Assembly (NCBI RefSeq): GCF_000143415.4
Contig: NW_003314451.1
Span: 37,323 to 101,322, forward strand
Direction of reading: 5' to 3'
Source: Selaginella moellendorffii
Taxonomy: Eukaryota > Plantae > Lycopodiophyta
DNA length: 64,000 nt
The position numbers and the translations under genes are program-made. Below are positions 1 to 12,346 of the stretch, piece after piece; the first letter of the stretch is position 1, and each line of letters opens with the position of its first letter. The notes below the pieces were generated by a model. It ran no database searches. It was not told where the DNA came from and was given only the letters and a program-made list of their open reading frames with translations.

Positions 1-190
1 TGGAGCCTGGGGAAGGATGGTGGAGGTGAAGTCGTGAGCAGTATCTCTTGTGGGGGCTTCGTTGATGAAGACTTTGGAGTTTGGATCCTTGACAAAAAAG
101 TCCTGGAGAGGATCCGGATCACCCAAAACTCCAACGATGGCCACCATGCATGAGAGAAGGAATCCAAAAAGCATTTCTTGCTAGTGCCAT
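1..190 (-). pseudogene. Germin-like protein pseudogene, 5' part (continues off the window start)
   Basis: Paralog of 3503-3702. It has one extra A in an A-run near 166-170 (+1 frameshift) and a 12-nt deletion removing the CKDP cysteine. The upstream region 190-~660 is homologous to 3702-~4170. Confidence 0.8.
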
Positions 191-1211
191 TTGTGCTCTC
201 GCTCACTCTCTTACCTCCTCTAGTTTAATCTCTCTCGCTCCTTCTCTCTATGATCTCTCTCTCGCTCTCTTTAAAACAACGCAGTGGCCGCGAGCTTAAA
301 TGAAGGAATATGTAAGTAGGTGGATCGAGACTTTACCTTGGCATTGATTTTCCTGGCATGCTCGCGCTGAGCTGCAGCTCTTTTGATAATCGTGTCCAAT
401 TTTCCACCGAGGATAAATTTTACGTTGTTACAACTGTAAAGATTGTGCGGTCCCTATGACCAGGAAGGCGATGCTGGTTGATTCACTGCGCCGCGAGCTC
501 GCAAAGCTAGCGGCTTTTATGCCAGAGAGTGTGTCACGGGTGAGGTGGCACCCGTACTGCTGGACGCATCTTGTCAGAATCTCACACTACTTGATGAGAC
601 GAGGGCGAGGATAGTTTCCAGCACAGACCTTGAGCCGCAACTGCTCCAGGAAGTAGGGCTTGAGGACTCTATTCACCTAAACTTCAACCTTGGAGAGTTG
701 AACTTAAATCTGTGACCGAGCACAGTTGACGAAGTGTTGAGGGGTTTTTGTTCTCCTATGTTATCGAGAATTTGCAAGGACTCGTAAGACACGAACTCCT
801 TTTACCAGTCAGGTCTTTTGGGATGGACGGCTCAGCGTTTGCTGCGAGAGAAGAACAAGAGAGAAGAAGAAGAAGAAGAAAAACTTGCGTAGAAAAGGAT
901 AATTGTTACTACTAGATCGCCATTGTCAAGACCATCTGCATGTAGCCCAGCCACACTCCCACCTGGTGTTGCTAGTGATGCTCCCAAGATTGATACAAGC
1001 ACTTGCCTCCTCCCACATCTGCACTGCTATTTGCCAGATCTTCTGAAGACCCACTATGAGGAGCTATATCTTGCAGCTCCCAGCACGCAAACCCGTGGTC
1101 TCGTCAAGTGCCGGGAACCTCGCCATGGCCCTGAGCTCAACCCAAGGATCTACTTTTCATTATGTGGCGGCTCCGCAAAGCCCCTCCAAAGAAGCGCACA
1201 GGTGGACGATT

Positions 1212-1300
1212 GCTGACCATGCGGCAATCGAACCAGCGACCCAAGGATTTCTCAGAGCTACTACAGTCCTCCACTCTGCCAACTGACTCGCTAAGATTGG
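1212..1300 (-). pseudogene. Degenerate intron-containing tRNA-Tyr(GTA)
   Basis: Reverse complement reads CAGTTGGCAGAGTGGAGGACTGTAG-[12-nt intron]-ATCCTTGGGTCGCTGGTTCGATT, matching plant tRNA-Tyr. It has an insertion in the D stem and a damaged acceptor stem. Confidence 0.8.
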
Positions 1301-1619
1301 TCTTCCTTGTTTACCACGTTCCACGAGACGATTCCAGCATTGGCCGCAATTCCTCGATGCATCCAGCACTTTTCTATCACCAAATCCCGGAGGCGCTCTT
1401 GGCGGAATCCAACGCCCGTGAAACATCGCTCGCGTGCTTGGATCGCGAGATCATCTCCACCTGGTTGCGTGAGACGCTCTTGCGGATGTGATCCACGCGA
1501 GCCCTTTGTTAAATTTAAAATGATTCCAGTATGTCCTTTTAGGGCTTTTTAGAAAACTTAATTTATATTAAACTCATTATCTCAAGAACATTCTTTCTTA
1601 CCTTTATCAAAAACTCTTC

Positions 1620-2285
1620 TCAGGTCTGGCTCACTCCAGCGCGAAGCTTTTCGATCACTTCCTCGTCAACTTGGAGAGCTGCTTCGATCACTTCGTTCAG
1701 ATTATCAGATTCTTGAGTCTGGAAAAGAGCCCTAGCCACATCCGTGCGACCAGGGTTTTGACTCCCAAGAGTGGCAATAGCGAGAGCGCTGACCGGGTCA
1801 AGGTTCCGCTGGAAGTGGACCAGCCCTCGAGGAAAGATAAACAAGTCCCCGGGATACAAAACCTTCTCGAACAGCCTGTTGGCTGTCGTTACAAACCCAG
1901 CGTAGATGCGTCCCTGGAGACAATAGATGACCTCGGATGATCGCGGATGGACGTGGGGAGGATTCACTCCGAATGGACCGAATGAGAGGCGAGCGATGGA
2001 GAGTCCTTGCGTGTTGAGGCCTGGGAACATCGTGATGTCGATCAGCTGGACCCTGATGTTGAGAGTGTTGGTGGTGTTTGCAGGCTCGCGGAGGATGGTT
2101 GAGGTGAAATCGTCGGCAGTGACGGTGGTGGGATCCTTGCAAGGAACTCCGTTGATAAAGACTTTGGAGTTGGGATCCTGGACGCAGACGTCTTGGAGGG
2201 GATCTTCATCACCCCGCACGACTGCAAGGCTGGCAATTGTGAAAACTGCAAGAAGAGCAACAAAAACTTGGGGAAACTTGGCCAT
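1620..2285 (-). CDS. Germin-like protein (cupin), secreted, intronless
   Basis: Signal peptide, DEDPLQDVCV...CKDP, GLNTQGLS, germin box PPHVHPRSSE, and FPRGLVHFQ. Confidence 0.95.
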   Translation of the reverse strand: MAKFPQVFVALLAVFTIASLAVVRGDEDPLQDVCVQDPNSKVFINGVPCKDPTTVTADDFTSTILREPANTTNTLNIRVQLIDITMFPGLNTQGLSIARLSFGPFGVNPPHVHPRSSEVIYCLQGRIYAGFVTTANRLFEKVLYPGDLFIFPRGLVHFQRNLDPVSALAIATLGSQNPGRTDVARALFQTQESDNLNEVIEAALQVDEEVIEKLRAGVSQT

Positions 2286-2939
2286 TGAGATGTATCGATT
2301 GATCGATGCAGAGATGCTATTGGGAGGCTCTGGTATATGTATTTATACTGGGGAATTTCCCGTACATTTATTCTTATTGTATTAGTAGAGAAGTCCAACT
2401 GTGTTACCTACATATAAAGACAAACTCTCTTAGATTTTACAATCGAACACTTGGATTCAAAGGCTTCAAGGAAGCAACGCTGTCATATTTCTTTGAGCTT
2501 CCGTATGCTGATGAGAACAGTAGTTAGGAATAACATTTTGTGTGGAGGAGTGCAAACTTAACATATAGGACTATGTAGAGCGGTAAAGCAGAGTCAATCT
2601 GGATTTCATGCTTAAAGTGTTTGTCATTGTTTCAATCCCCCGGCAGCCGCAGCCTCCCCTTCGTCTCGGTCCTCTTGGAAGTTTCAAGGCTTTCTGCTGG
2701 ACCCCAGTTAATGGACACCGCCCCTCCTCGCTGACTGATCTTCTCATCCGTAACACTCAAAAGTCTTCCTTACTCGCCGCTCTTGACCTTCCTTGGCCCA
2801 GCGGCACTGGCTTGGGAGAGTTTCCAAGTCGGAAACAAAATGCGTATAAACATTATAATTTTATATTGGTCAGAAAAAGAATCACACATTCCTCAATTTT
2901 TATATAGTGCCCAAAACTGCATACCATTGAAGAATGAAG

Positions 2940-3012
2940 TCCGATCTGACCGAATCGAACCAGCGACAAAAGGATTTCTGAATGATACTACAGCCCTCCG
3001 AGCCAAGATCGA
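2940..3012 (-). pseudogene. tRNA-Tyr remnant with the D arm deleted
   Basis: TCCGATCTGACCGAATCGAACCAGCGAC..AGGAT-intron-CTACAG..CTCCG on the + strand is the complement of the tRNA-Tyr T-arm and anticodon arm. Confidence 0.7.
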
Positions 3013-3045
3013 TTTTATTTGTTAATTGAAACTTTTGAACATTGA

Positions 3046-3702
3046 TTAAGTCCGACTCACTCCACTTCGTAACTTATTAATCTCATTTCCATCAACCTGT
3101 AAAGTTGTCTCTAAAACTTCGTTCATGATGTTTGGAGTGGTCTGGAACAACGCTCTAGCCATGTCTGTTCTTCCCGGGTTTTGGCTTCCAAGCGCAGCAA
3201 CTGCGACCGTGCTCGAGTTATTCAGATTTCGCTGGAAGTGAACAAGACCCCTGGGAAAGATGAACAGGTCACCGGGATACAAAACCTTTGCAAACAACCG
3301 GTTGGAAGTTGACACAAATCCGACGTAGAGGCCTCCCTGGAGGAGCCAGATGATCTCGGATGCTCGGGGATGGCTGTGTGGAGGATTCACGCCAAATGGA
3401 CCGAATGCGAGGCGGGCAATGGAGAGCCCTTGTGTGTTGAGGCCTGGAAACATTCTAATATCGACCAAGTCGACTTGGATTCGCAGTGTGTTGTTTGTGA
3501 CTGGAGCCTGGCGAAGGACGGTGGAGGTGAAGTCGTCAACAGTAACTCTAGTGGGATCTTTGCAAGGGGCTCCGTCGACGAAAACTTTGGAGTTTGGATC
3601 TTTGACGCAGAAGTCCTGGAGAGGATCAGGATCGCCCAAAACTCCAAAGATGGCCACCATGCACGAGAGAAGGAATCCAAAAGCATTGCTTGCTAGTGCC
3701 AT
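3046..3702 (-). CDS. Germin-like protein (cupin), secreted, intronless
   Basis: Signal peptide, DPDPLQDFCV...CKDP, PPHSHPRASE, and FPRGLVHFQ. Confidence 0.95.
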   Translation of the reverse strand: MALASNAFGFLLSCMVAIFGVLGDPDPLQDFCVKDPNSKVFVDGAPCKDPTRVTVDDFTSTVLRQAPVTNNTLRIQVDLVDIRMFPGLNTQGLSIARLAFGPFGVNPPHSHPRASEIIWLLQGGLYVGFVSTSNRLFAKVLYPGDLFIFPRGLVHFQRNLNNSSTVAVAALGSQNPGRTDMARALFQTTPNIMNEVLETTLQVDGNEINKLRSGVSRT

Positions 3703-4219
3703 TTGTGCTCTCGCTCACTCTCTTCTTTCCTCTAGTTTAGTCTCTCTCGCGCTCGCTCGCTCTTTTTCTCTATGATCTCTTGCAGTGGCCGCGAGCTTAA
3801 ATGCAAAGGAAGATGTAAGTAGGTGGATGTTGATTTTCCTGGCACGCCTACGCCGAGCTGCAGATTGTGTTTCCATCAAGAATCAGATTTACGTTGTTAC
3901 AACCATTAAGACTGAGAGGTCCCTATTATATGAGATCAGGTTGATTCGCTGCGCCGCGACACTCGCAAAGCTGGCGGATTTGATGCGGAGAGTGTGTCAC
4001 GGGTGAGGTGGCAGCCGTCGGCGATGAACTGCTAGAGGGGGTCGAGAACATCTTGCCAGAATCTCACACTACTTCCTTCTGGATTGATTCGCGCGCGAAA
4101 ATGAGACGAGGGCGAGACGGTTTCCAGCACAAACCTCCGCTCCAGGAAGTAGAATGTAGCTCCGTTCACTTCTACATTAATCTAAAGGAGTGAAGATCGA
4201 GCAAAGAAAATACCGTAAG

Positions 4220-4480
4220 CTTCAACCTTTGACCGAGCAAAGCACCGGAGTTGAGATGACCGGTATAAGTGTTGTTGTTCTCCTACCCGGAAAGCAAGTG
4301 AAAACTCGCGAACTTGCGAACTTTGTCAAATTGAGCCTGGCATCTGTTGCAGCAGCTCGAGCGTACTTCTCCATTTTTTCGTTGGGATCGATCCCAATGA
4401 CACTCATGCCGCTCCCTGATCTCACGTAATACTTGAGATTTGGACCCGTGCCAACACCCAGCTCGGCGAGAAAAGATCTT
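4220..4480 (-). pseudogene. SAM-dependent methyltransferase (Methyltransf_11/METTL7-like) gene fragment
   Basis: Minus strand encodes LAELGVGTGPNLKYY..VIGIDPNEKMEKYA and VISTPVLCSV. No intact start or end was found. More decayed traces occur at ~705-740 and ~1065-1160. Confidence 0.7.
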
Positions 4481-4748
4481 TTGTCTCAGGTTCTCAAACC
4501 TGTGCAAGCATCGGTCTTGCAGCTCCCAGCACGCAAAGCTCCATCTTGTGGCCGCCTCCCGGAGGGTTGAAACCCGTGGCAGAATCATTACTCTGCGGCC
4601 TTAGTGTGCGCACTAAGGAAGAGATGATTAAATAATACACTATCTTTCAAGTTCTTCAAGGTCATCGCGCCTTTGTCAAGCCTGTGGGGAGAATGGAGGC
4701 AGTGGAGTTTTCGATTGTCGGCTGCCGTGCCGACTATCATGGAGTTGA

Positions 4749-4795
4749 TCCGATCTGCCGGAATCGAACCAGAGGATTTCTGCCTGCCAACTAAC
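4749..4795 (-). pseudogene. Heavily deleted tRNA-Tyr remnant
   Basis: TCCGATCTGCCGGAATCGAACCAG..AGGATTTC..CTGCCAACT retains the T-arm, intron edge and D-loop pieces. Confidence 0.6.
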
Positions 4796-4835
4796 TTTTG
4801 CAAAACATTTATTAGTTGGTCACTCATTATTATCG

Positions 4836-5291
4836 TCAAACCGGAGAACTGATGTTTGGATTGGTTTGGAACAGCGCTGTAGCCATGTCTGATCTTCCCG
4901 GGTTTTGGCTTCCAAGCGCACCCGTGTCCGAGTTGTCCAGGAGTGAGCGAGACCCTGAGAAGATGAAGAGATCACCGGAATACAAAACCTTGAAGTTGAC
5001 ACAAATCACGTAGAGGCGGGACGCTCGGGGATGTGTGGAGGATTGGACCGAATGCGAGGCAAGCAATGGAGGGTCCCTGTGTGTTGAGGCCTGGAAACAT
5101 AGTAATATCGACGTGGATTTGTTTGTGACTGGAGCTGAAGGGGGGAGATCTTTGGAAGGCTCTCCGTTGATGAAAACATTGGAGTTTGGATGCAGAAATC
5201 CTGGAAAGGATCCCAAAACTCGAACGATAGCTGAGGACAGAAAGAATGCAACTGTGACAACTTCGATGAAAACCATAGCTATATAGAACAT
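4836..5291 (-). pseudogene. Germin-like pseudogene
   Basis: Germin pieces are spread over three frames (DPFQDFC, MFPGLNTQG, ALGSQNPGRSDMATALFQ). The HxH box is destroyed. Confidence 0.88.
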
Positions 5292-5861
5292 ACTTGGTAT
5301 GAATATATGAATACCAGTGCACTGGTATTTAGGAATTGCGTCGAGAGCTCAAAAGAGAAGCCTCGTGAAAGAACACAAAAGACTACATTGGTTTCATTTC
5401 TAGAACAAATAACTATTTGCCTCTATCCACCGTAAGTCTCCACGGTAACCAGTGGACACTATGACAAAGCGGATAGAGATCCAGGCAAGGAAAAACTCCC
5501 CACCTTGGAAGAATTAGCTCTAGCACAGCAATGACTCAAAAACACTTCCACTGCAAAGTTACGGAAGGTGATCTCAAGGGCTGTGCAAAACAAAGAACCT
5601 GTACAAGAGTGTTGTGATGTTCCCAGCACACTCCCACCACAAGTGGCTCAGAAGATCACACCCTTGGCCCCTCCAAAAGCTAGAGAGGCATACATTTTTA
5701 TCGAAGAGCTTGCGAAGGAAAGCACTGCAATGCTAGCAATGCCCCAGGGCACTCTTCAGCACGAAAATCCTAGCTTACAAGACACGAAGCGTAAGTCAAA
5801 ACCAGATTAAGTATCTCTTCAAACAGCTCTGGCAGAAGGAAAACGAACAAGAAGAATCCTT

Positions 5862-6355
<494 letters not shown>

Positions 6356-6489
6356 GGCGCTTCTTCCTGGCAACTAAAACCACTGAATCGAGCCTTGCGA
6401 TCGAAGAAAGCACTCACCTGGGCTCGCTGCGCAAAATCTCCGAGCGCAAGATCCCCGAGACAGACACCTTACGGCCGCTTGCTGAGGGA

Positions 6490-6510
6490 CTAGGGTTAGG
6501 TTTAGGGCTT
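6490..6510 (-). promoter_or_regulatory. Telo-box-like motifs upstream of RPS20
   Basis: TAGGGTTAGGTTTAGGG (AACCCTA-like on the minus strand). Telo-boxes are typical of plant translation-gene promoters. Confidence 0.5.
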
Positions 6511-6613
6511 TACATCATGTTTGTTCCATATCCTACGGTCGAGATGGATTAGATCCAACGGCGCAGGTTTGAATGGAGTGAGCTTTATTTTATGAAGCGG
6601 GAAAAGCTTTACA

Positions 6614-7931
6614 TTAGCTCGCAAGCGATGGAAACAAGCGATTGGCGAGCAATTTGATGAGATCTTGTCCGGGATGGATGGCATCGAAGAACATGTACGA
6701 GGATCTGGACGAGCAAACCATGGTCCCATTGCAACCATCTCCAATCTCTGTAAAGCCGAATCCACAGCAGCCTCTATTCACCACCGTGTAGCCTTGAAGA
6801 GGACGAGTGAGTAAGAAAAGCATGAGATTTTGAGAACAGCCATACTCACCATAGTTGGAAGGGTTTGAGATGGCGTCCCTTGTCACGTTGTAAGCATCGA
6901 AGTTGAAGTAGAACTTGGATCCCGTCAGGTTTGCCTGGAGAGAGTTGAGCGCGGTCTGGAGATCCACGTCGTAAGAGTAAGCCAAATTGTTTGAGTTCTC
7001 GTTGCAATTTGTCCGGCAAGATGGGAAGAAGTTGCCAGCGCTCAAGCATTGGATCGTGATCGCTATGGGAGTACAACCCAAAGGTCCCAGCGCTGGAATT
7101 ATAAACTTGCGAGCTCCCAGATTGTATAAGTCCTGGAAAAGCAGAAAACAGTTCAATCTTTAGATCTAAAAAGCTTGTTTTACCTTAATTCTGCTCGAAA
7201 AAGTGGTGATCATGAGGGCTCGAAAGTCCGCGTCTGTGTAATTGAGGTAGATGCTAAAGTTTTTGTTGGAGAAATCATTGGATCCAAAGCTTAGAATGAA
7301 GAGTGCTTTTGCAATTCGAGCTGATGCTGCGGCCACGCCTTCTAGAGCCTGAAGCCTCTGAGTTACATTCGCAAACCACTGGACTTGGAGGCTAAAGTTG
7401 TAAGGAGTCTAGACACCAAAGAATCATTAGTATCAGGATGCTGAGACACTGGTGGATTGTGATAGATTTACCAGATTGCTGGAGAGAGCATCTATGATCG
7501 CCGCACCTCCAGAAGCCAAGTTTACACCTTGGGTTAGATTCACCCCATTCGCATTTGGATCGAGAAACGGGAGTGCCCTGTTGATTCCACAGTATTGAGC
7601 TACAAACCACATTTACATATATGATCATCCACAACTAACATTTGAAATGTTCTTGAAAGTTGGCGGCCAACTTACCAAGATAATCAGGAAGAACTAATCC
7701 GTTTGTGAATCGGCCAGTGGGGATTTGATTGGGGTAATCAACACCATAGGGAGTGTGATTTGCTCTGGCAATTGTGAAACTCACGTTCACAAAATAGTTG
7801 TTGTTTCCACTGTCGACAATCGAATCGCCCAAAGTGAACACGGCGGTGGCATTCGTGCAATTGGGACTTTGGGCATAAACTAGAGACAAGGTCGAAGCAA
7901 GCAATGCACAAAACAAGATCGCAGAAGACAT
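6614..7931 (-). CDS. GDSL esterase/lipase (multi-exon, secreted)
   Basis: Signal peptide, LGDSIVDSGNNNY, PYGVDY..PTGRFTNG, GSND block, LYNLGARKF..LGPLGCTP, and FFDAIHP catalytic DxxH. Confidence 0.95.
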
Positions 7932-8267
7932 GTTTTAAGTACTTTTTTTTCTTGTAACAAAGATAATATGAGAAACTTGTGTGTTAACTGCGATCTTGAG
8001 CGGGGCTTTTATATCCATGATGTGGCTTCCACGCAAAATCCTGGATCTTCCATCCATCCAGCTACAAATTATCTGATTCCAATTGAAATTTCCCAGTTGC
8101 TAGTTGTGAGATTGAGATCTTCGCTGTGCCTTCTTCCACCAAACTTAAAGCTACGACTCCAGGAATTTGATGTTGGGCATGACATCATATTTTAAAAGGC
8201 GCTTTGCTGACGATGAAATCGAGAGCGCGTGGATTGATTTTGATTCTGCGAGAAGAAGAAGAAGATC

Positions 8268-10169
8268 ATGGCTGCCAAAACACCAGACCAAGTTTTCATC
8301 GCCAACAAGCTGATTCACATGTACGGAAGCGCCGGTCGGGTGAAAGATGCACGGATTGCGTTCGACGGCATTGCTTTGGGCGACAGGAACGTTTACACCT
8401 GGGTGCTGATGCTCTGTGCATATTCCCGAAATGGGTATATTCGCGAGTCCCGGGCTACGTTTGACGAGATGCCTGAGAAGAACATGGTGGCGTGGAATGC
8501 CATGCTAGCTGCATATGCCCAAAGCGGGCACTTTGAAGAATTTGAAATTCTCTTTGGTGAGATTCCCATGTGGAACGTTGTTTCTTGGAACACATTGCTA
8601 GCGGCATACTCCCAGAGCGGAAGCAAACAGAAGTCGAAGATTGTTTTTGACTCGATGCCGGAGTGGAACTTAATCTCCTGGAATTCACTGCTTGCTGCGC
8701 ATACCCAAAACGGGCATCTTAAACAGGCGCGAACAGTTTTTGATGGAATGCCAGCACGAAACTTTATCTCGTGGACTACACTTTTAGCAGGATACGTGCA
8801 CCATCAAAAGGTCGCGGAGGCCAACAATGTTTTTATGTCTATGCCACAGCACGACATGGTGTCTTGGACTCTGATACTTACCGCATATGCCCGTCTCCGA
8901 CATATGCGAAAGTGCGTAGAAATCTTTCATACCGCGAGGCAAGTGGATCTCACGTTTTGCAACGCTATGTTAACTGCGTTTTCTCAGGTTGGAGATGTTA
9001 AAGGTGGCAAATGCTTTTTTGATACTATGCCTCAGCATGACATGGTGTCGTGGAACAACATGCTTTTGGTCTATGCTCAGAATGGCCACATTGGAAAAGC
9101 TCGGGAGCTTTTTGAGAAGATGGAGCACCGTGACCTGGTTTCATGGACGTGCATGGTAAGCGCGTATGCTCAAGCTGGAAATATCAAAGAAGCCGAGTTC
9201 TTTTTCCAGAGAATGCCTTTCACGAATATCGTGTCGTGGAACTCGATGATCTCGGCTTACAGCCAAAAGGGAAACTTTGAGAGAGTTGAGAAGATGGTAG
9301 AAAAAATGCCGCAGTCGAGTTTGTCGTCGTGGAACGCTGTTCTAGCTGCCAATTTCGATAGAGGAAATCCGGAAAGAGCAAAACTAGTGTTTGACGAGAT
9401 GCCGGAGCACAGCTCCGTGGCTATGAGCTCACTGATTTGTGGATATGCGCAGTTTGGTTTCATGGATTTTGCACGGGAGGTTTTTGAGAGTGTTCCTCAC
9501 AAAGATCTACTGTCGTGGACGTCGATTCTGATCGCTTTCGCAAACCACGGAGAAGTGGAAGAAGCGAAGCATTTGTTTGAAACAATGCCACAGCGAGACA
9601 TCGTTGCTTGGAACGCAATCCTGGTTATGTATGGTCAAAACGGTGATTTAGAAAACGCAGCAAGGATTTTCAGCTCTATGCCCGAGCGCGATCTCGTTTC
9701 ATGGACCTCGATTCTGACCAAGTTCGCACAGAGGGGAAAACTCCAAGAGGCGATGAAAATCTTCGACGAGCTCGAAACTCTACACTCTCCTGACCAGGTT
9801 TGTTTCGTGGGAGTTCTCATCGCTTGCAGCCACAAAGGAAAGCTTGCTCTCGCCAAGGAGTACTTTCTGTCCATGAGACACGACTTTGGAATAGAGCCTG
9901 TGAAGCAGCACTACTGTTGCATGGTGGATTTGCTCGCCAGAGCCTCGTATCTGGAAGATGCGAGAGAGCTCTTGGCGACGATGCCATTTAAACCAGATGC
10001 TGTAAATCTGGTGGCTTTTCTTTCGGCGTGTAGGATGGGCCGGATGAGTGATGATCATATTTGTCACAGTGCCGGTCTTGTCGCAAAGAGCGTCTTGGAT
10101 TTGGATTCCAGGAATGGAGCTGCTCACATCTTGCTAGCAAACGTTCTGCGTGATCCACCTGAAGTTTAA
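8268..10169 (+). CDS. PLS-class PPR protein, array of ~31-aa S/SS motifs plus E-domain, no DYW (putative organellar RNA-editing specificity factor)
   Basis: Repeated FDxMPxx(N/D)xVSWNxxxxAYAQxG, ending VLIACSHKG..KQHYCCMVDLLAR..AAHILLANV. Confidence 0.93.
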   Translation: MAAKTPDQVFIANKLIHMYGSAGRVKDARIAFDGIALGDRNVYTWVLMLCAYSRNGYIRESRATFDEMPEKNMVAWNAMLAAYAQSGHFEEFEILFGEIPMWNVVSWNTLLAAYSQSGSKQKSKIVFDSMPEWNLISWNSLLAAHTQNGHLKQARTVFDGMPARNFISWTTLLAGYVHHQKVAEANNVFMSMPQHDMVSWTLILTAYARLRHMRKCVEIFHTARQVDLTFCNAMLTAFSQVGDVKGGKCFFDTMPQHDMVSWNNMLLVYAQNGHIGKARELFEKMEHRDLVSWTCMVSAYAQAGNIKEAEFFFQRMPFTNIVSWNSMISAYSQKGNFERVEKMVEKMPQSSLSSWNAVLAANFDRGNPERAKLVFDEMPEHSSVAMSSLICGYAQFGFMDFAREVFESVPHKDLLSWTSILIAFANHGEVEEAKHLFETMPQRDIVAWNAILVMYGQNGDLENAARIFSSMPERDLVSWTSILTKFAQRGKLQEAMKIFDELETLHSPDQVCFVGVLIACSHKGKLALAKEYFLSMRHDFGIEPVKQHYCCMVDLLARASYLEDARELLATMPFKPDAVNLVAFLSACRMGRMSDDHICHSAGLVAKSVLDLDSRNGAAHILLANVLRDPPEV

Positions 10170-10682
10170 CTTGTTGTTTTGTTCCTGCCGCGGAGGACAA
10201 TCTTGCAGTCTAGATATATGTTCGACAAAGTTGATGGCTAGCTTGAATGAACGTCGCGTCCTTCTGGGTAAAAGTTTTAAGTCAAGGACGCTTCTTCCCA
10301 GCTATTTGGAATTCATGAATTCATGGGTTTTATCAGCGATTTCAAAACGTGAAGGAAGTTTCCCTTGAGAAAAATCGAGTCAAAGTCATCAAATGTGAGG
10401 CACGAGAAAGGGTAGCCTATGTGAAAGTCCAGTCTGCGCCTCAAACTGTGATCTAGACGTGTGGAAACTTTCTTTACAATGCAAGAGAGAAGCATTGAAG
10501 TTTTCTTCCACTTTGGCAATTTAGCTTAGCGGTGGCTAAACTGTAGAATCCAGCTATAAAAACCGCCACAAATTTCGAACGTGAGCAGCAAGGCATCTCG
10601 CAGCGTGTTCTTCGGTGTTGCGGCAAAGTCTCAGCAAAGTTTCAAGAAAAAATCTCGATCCATTTTCCCTCTTTTTGCAAGC

Positions 10683-11047
10683 ATGAAGAAGGTGACACTC
10701 TCAACTTGTGGGAGCTGCAAGGGAAAGACTGATGCGCTTAAGAAGATCAAAGGTATGTACAAACTTTGGATTGGAAATTCGAGAGCTGATCTCGTGGATT
10801 TTTCTGTTTTTGAACAACAGGGGTTGATAAGGTGGAATCGGAGAAGTCAGGCCTGGTAGTGATCGGCAAATTTGATGTGGACGACGTGGTCAAGGCGATG
10901 AATTGCCACCACAGTGTTCTTCGTTCCATCGAGAACAATTACGAGCCCCCAAAGAAGAAGGAAGAGAAGAAGGAAGAGAAGAAGGATGGTGGTAGCGTTT
11001 TGTATGTTTACGCCCACAACTACAATCACTACAATTGCAAGTGCTAA
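10683..11047 (+). CDS. Small HMA-like (HIPP/HPP-like) protein 1, 98 aa; exons 10683-10752 and 10821-11047
   Basis: MKKVTLSTCGSCKGKTDALKKIK/GVDKVES..LVVIGKFDVDDVVKAMNCHH..EPPKKKEEKK..YNCKC, with a phase-1 GT-AG intron and TATA at ~10556. Confidence 0.8.
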
Positions 11048-11994
11048 TTTGTTCTTCCAATTGCAAGGGATGGATGGATCTGCAAGAACAAGGGAGGTAG
11101 CGTGTGTATGAAATAATTTCAAGAGTTTCAGATCTATAAGAGCAATGAGTTTGACAGAGCATTTAATTGTCAGAATCATAACTGATGTAAGGTTTTCAAA
11201 AGTTAGATCTTTCTATGAATGCAAAAGACTTTGCACAGCACAAATGCCGGTGCAAGTCAATGATCGTCGCCGTAGTCAAGGCTATACTTCTAGATTCCGT
11301 GACAGGAAGAATCTCAGAGCGAGGGAGAGAGAGAGAGAGAGAGAACAATGATAAGAACAACCTTTTGTTCAATGTCTATATCACCTTGCGGGAATTCATG
11401 GAAGATTCAAGTTGAAAAAAAGGTAAAGTAGGAAAAATCTCAGAACTCCACACTGATGGATTAACTTTTTGGAAACGTAGGGGTGGTGAAGTGGAATCGG
11501 AGAGAGGAGAAGAAGGAACAGTCTCTGATCATGAAGTTCGTCTCTTCGCTTTCCCACGGTGCCACGCGATGTGCTGGAATAGTGGCAACGACCACTTTGA
11601 GTAGGGCATCACCCATGCCCGAACGCTTGCTGCTGTATGATTTGCTTCTCAACTTGGAAATTCAGTTCTGGGTTCAAACGCGACAACCTTTTGCGGGCTT
11701 TGATGAATCGGTCTCTCATAAGAAGAATAGACAGTTAAAGTTGCAACACCGCGGATCAATACGTGTGGAATTTTCTTCCGCATTATGTCGTCTTTGACTA
11801 TTCGCTGAAATCGCGAGGAATTTGGTGGTGACGCGTCGTCCTACGAAGACTATACCGTAGAATCAGGCTATAAAAACCGCAAACGTGAGCAGCAAGGCAT
11901 CTCGCAGCGTATTTCTCGATTTTCTGGCAAGCTTCAAGCAAACATCTTGAGCGAGCAACTAGTTTTCTCGATCCAGTTTCCTTTCCTTGTAAGC

Positions 11995-12346
11995 ATGAAG
12001 AAGGCGACACTCTCAACTTGTGAAAGCTGCAAGGGGAAGACTGACGCGCTCAAGAAGATCAAAGGTATAGCACAATCTTTGCATTGGATCGCGGCCCTGA
12101 TTCCATGAAATCTCTGGTGTGGTTTTCCCAACAGGGGTCGATAAGGTGGAATCGGAGTCGTCAGGCCTGGTGGTGATTGGAAAATTTGATGTGGACGACG
12201 TGCTAAAGGCGATGGATTGCCACCACAGTGTCCTTCGTTCCATCGAGAACAATTACGAGCCCCCCAAAAAGAAGGAAGACAAGAAGGAAGAAGGCTCTAG
12301 CGTTATATATGTGTACACCCACACCTACAACCAGTACTGGAAGTGA
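11995..12346 (+). CDS. Small HMA-like protein 2, 93 aa; exons 11995-12064 and 12135-12346
   Basis: CESC motif, same 70-nt first exon and intron phase, ends YNQYWK. Confidence 0.8.
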
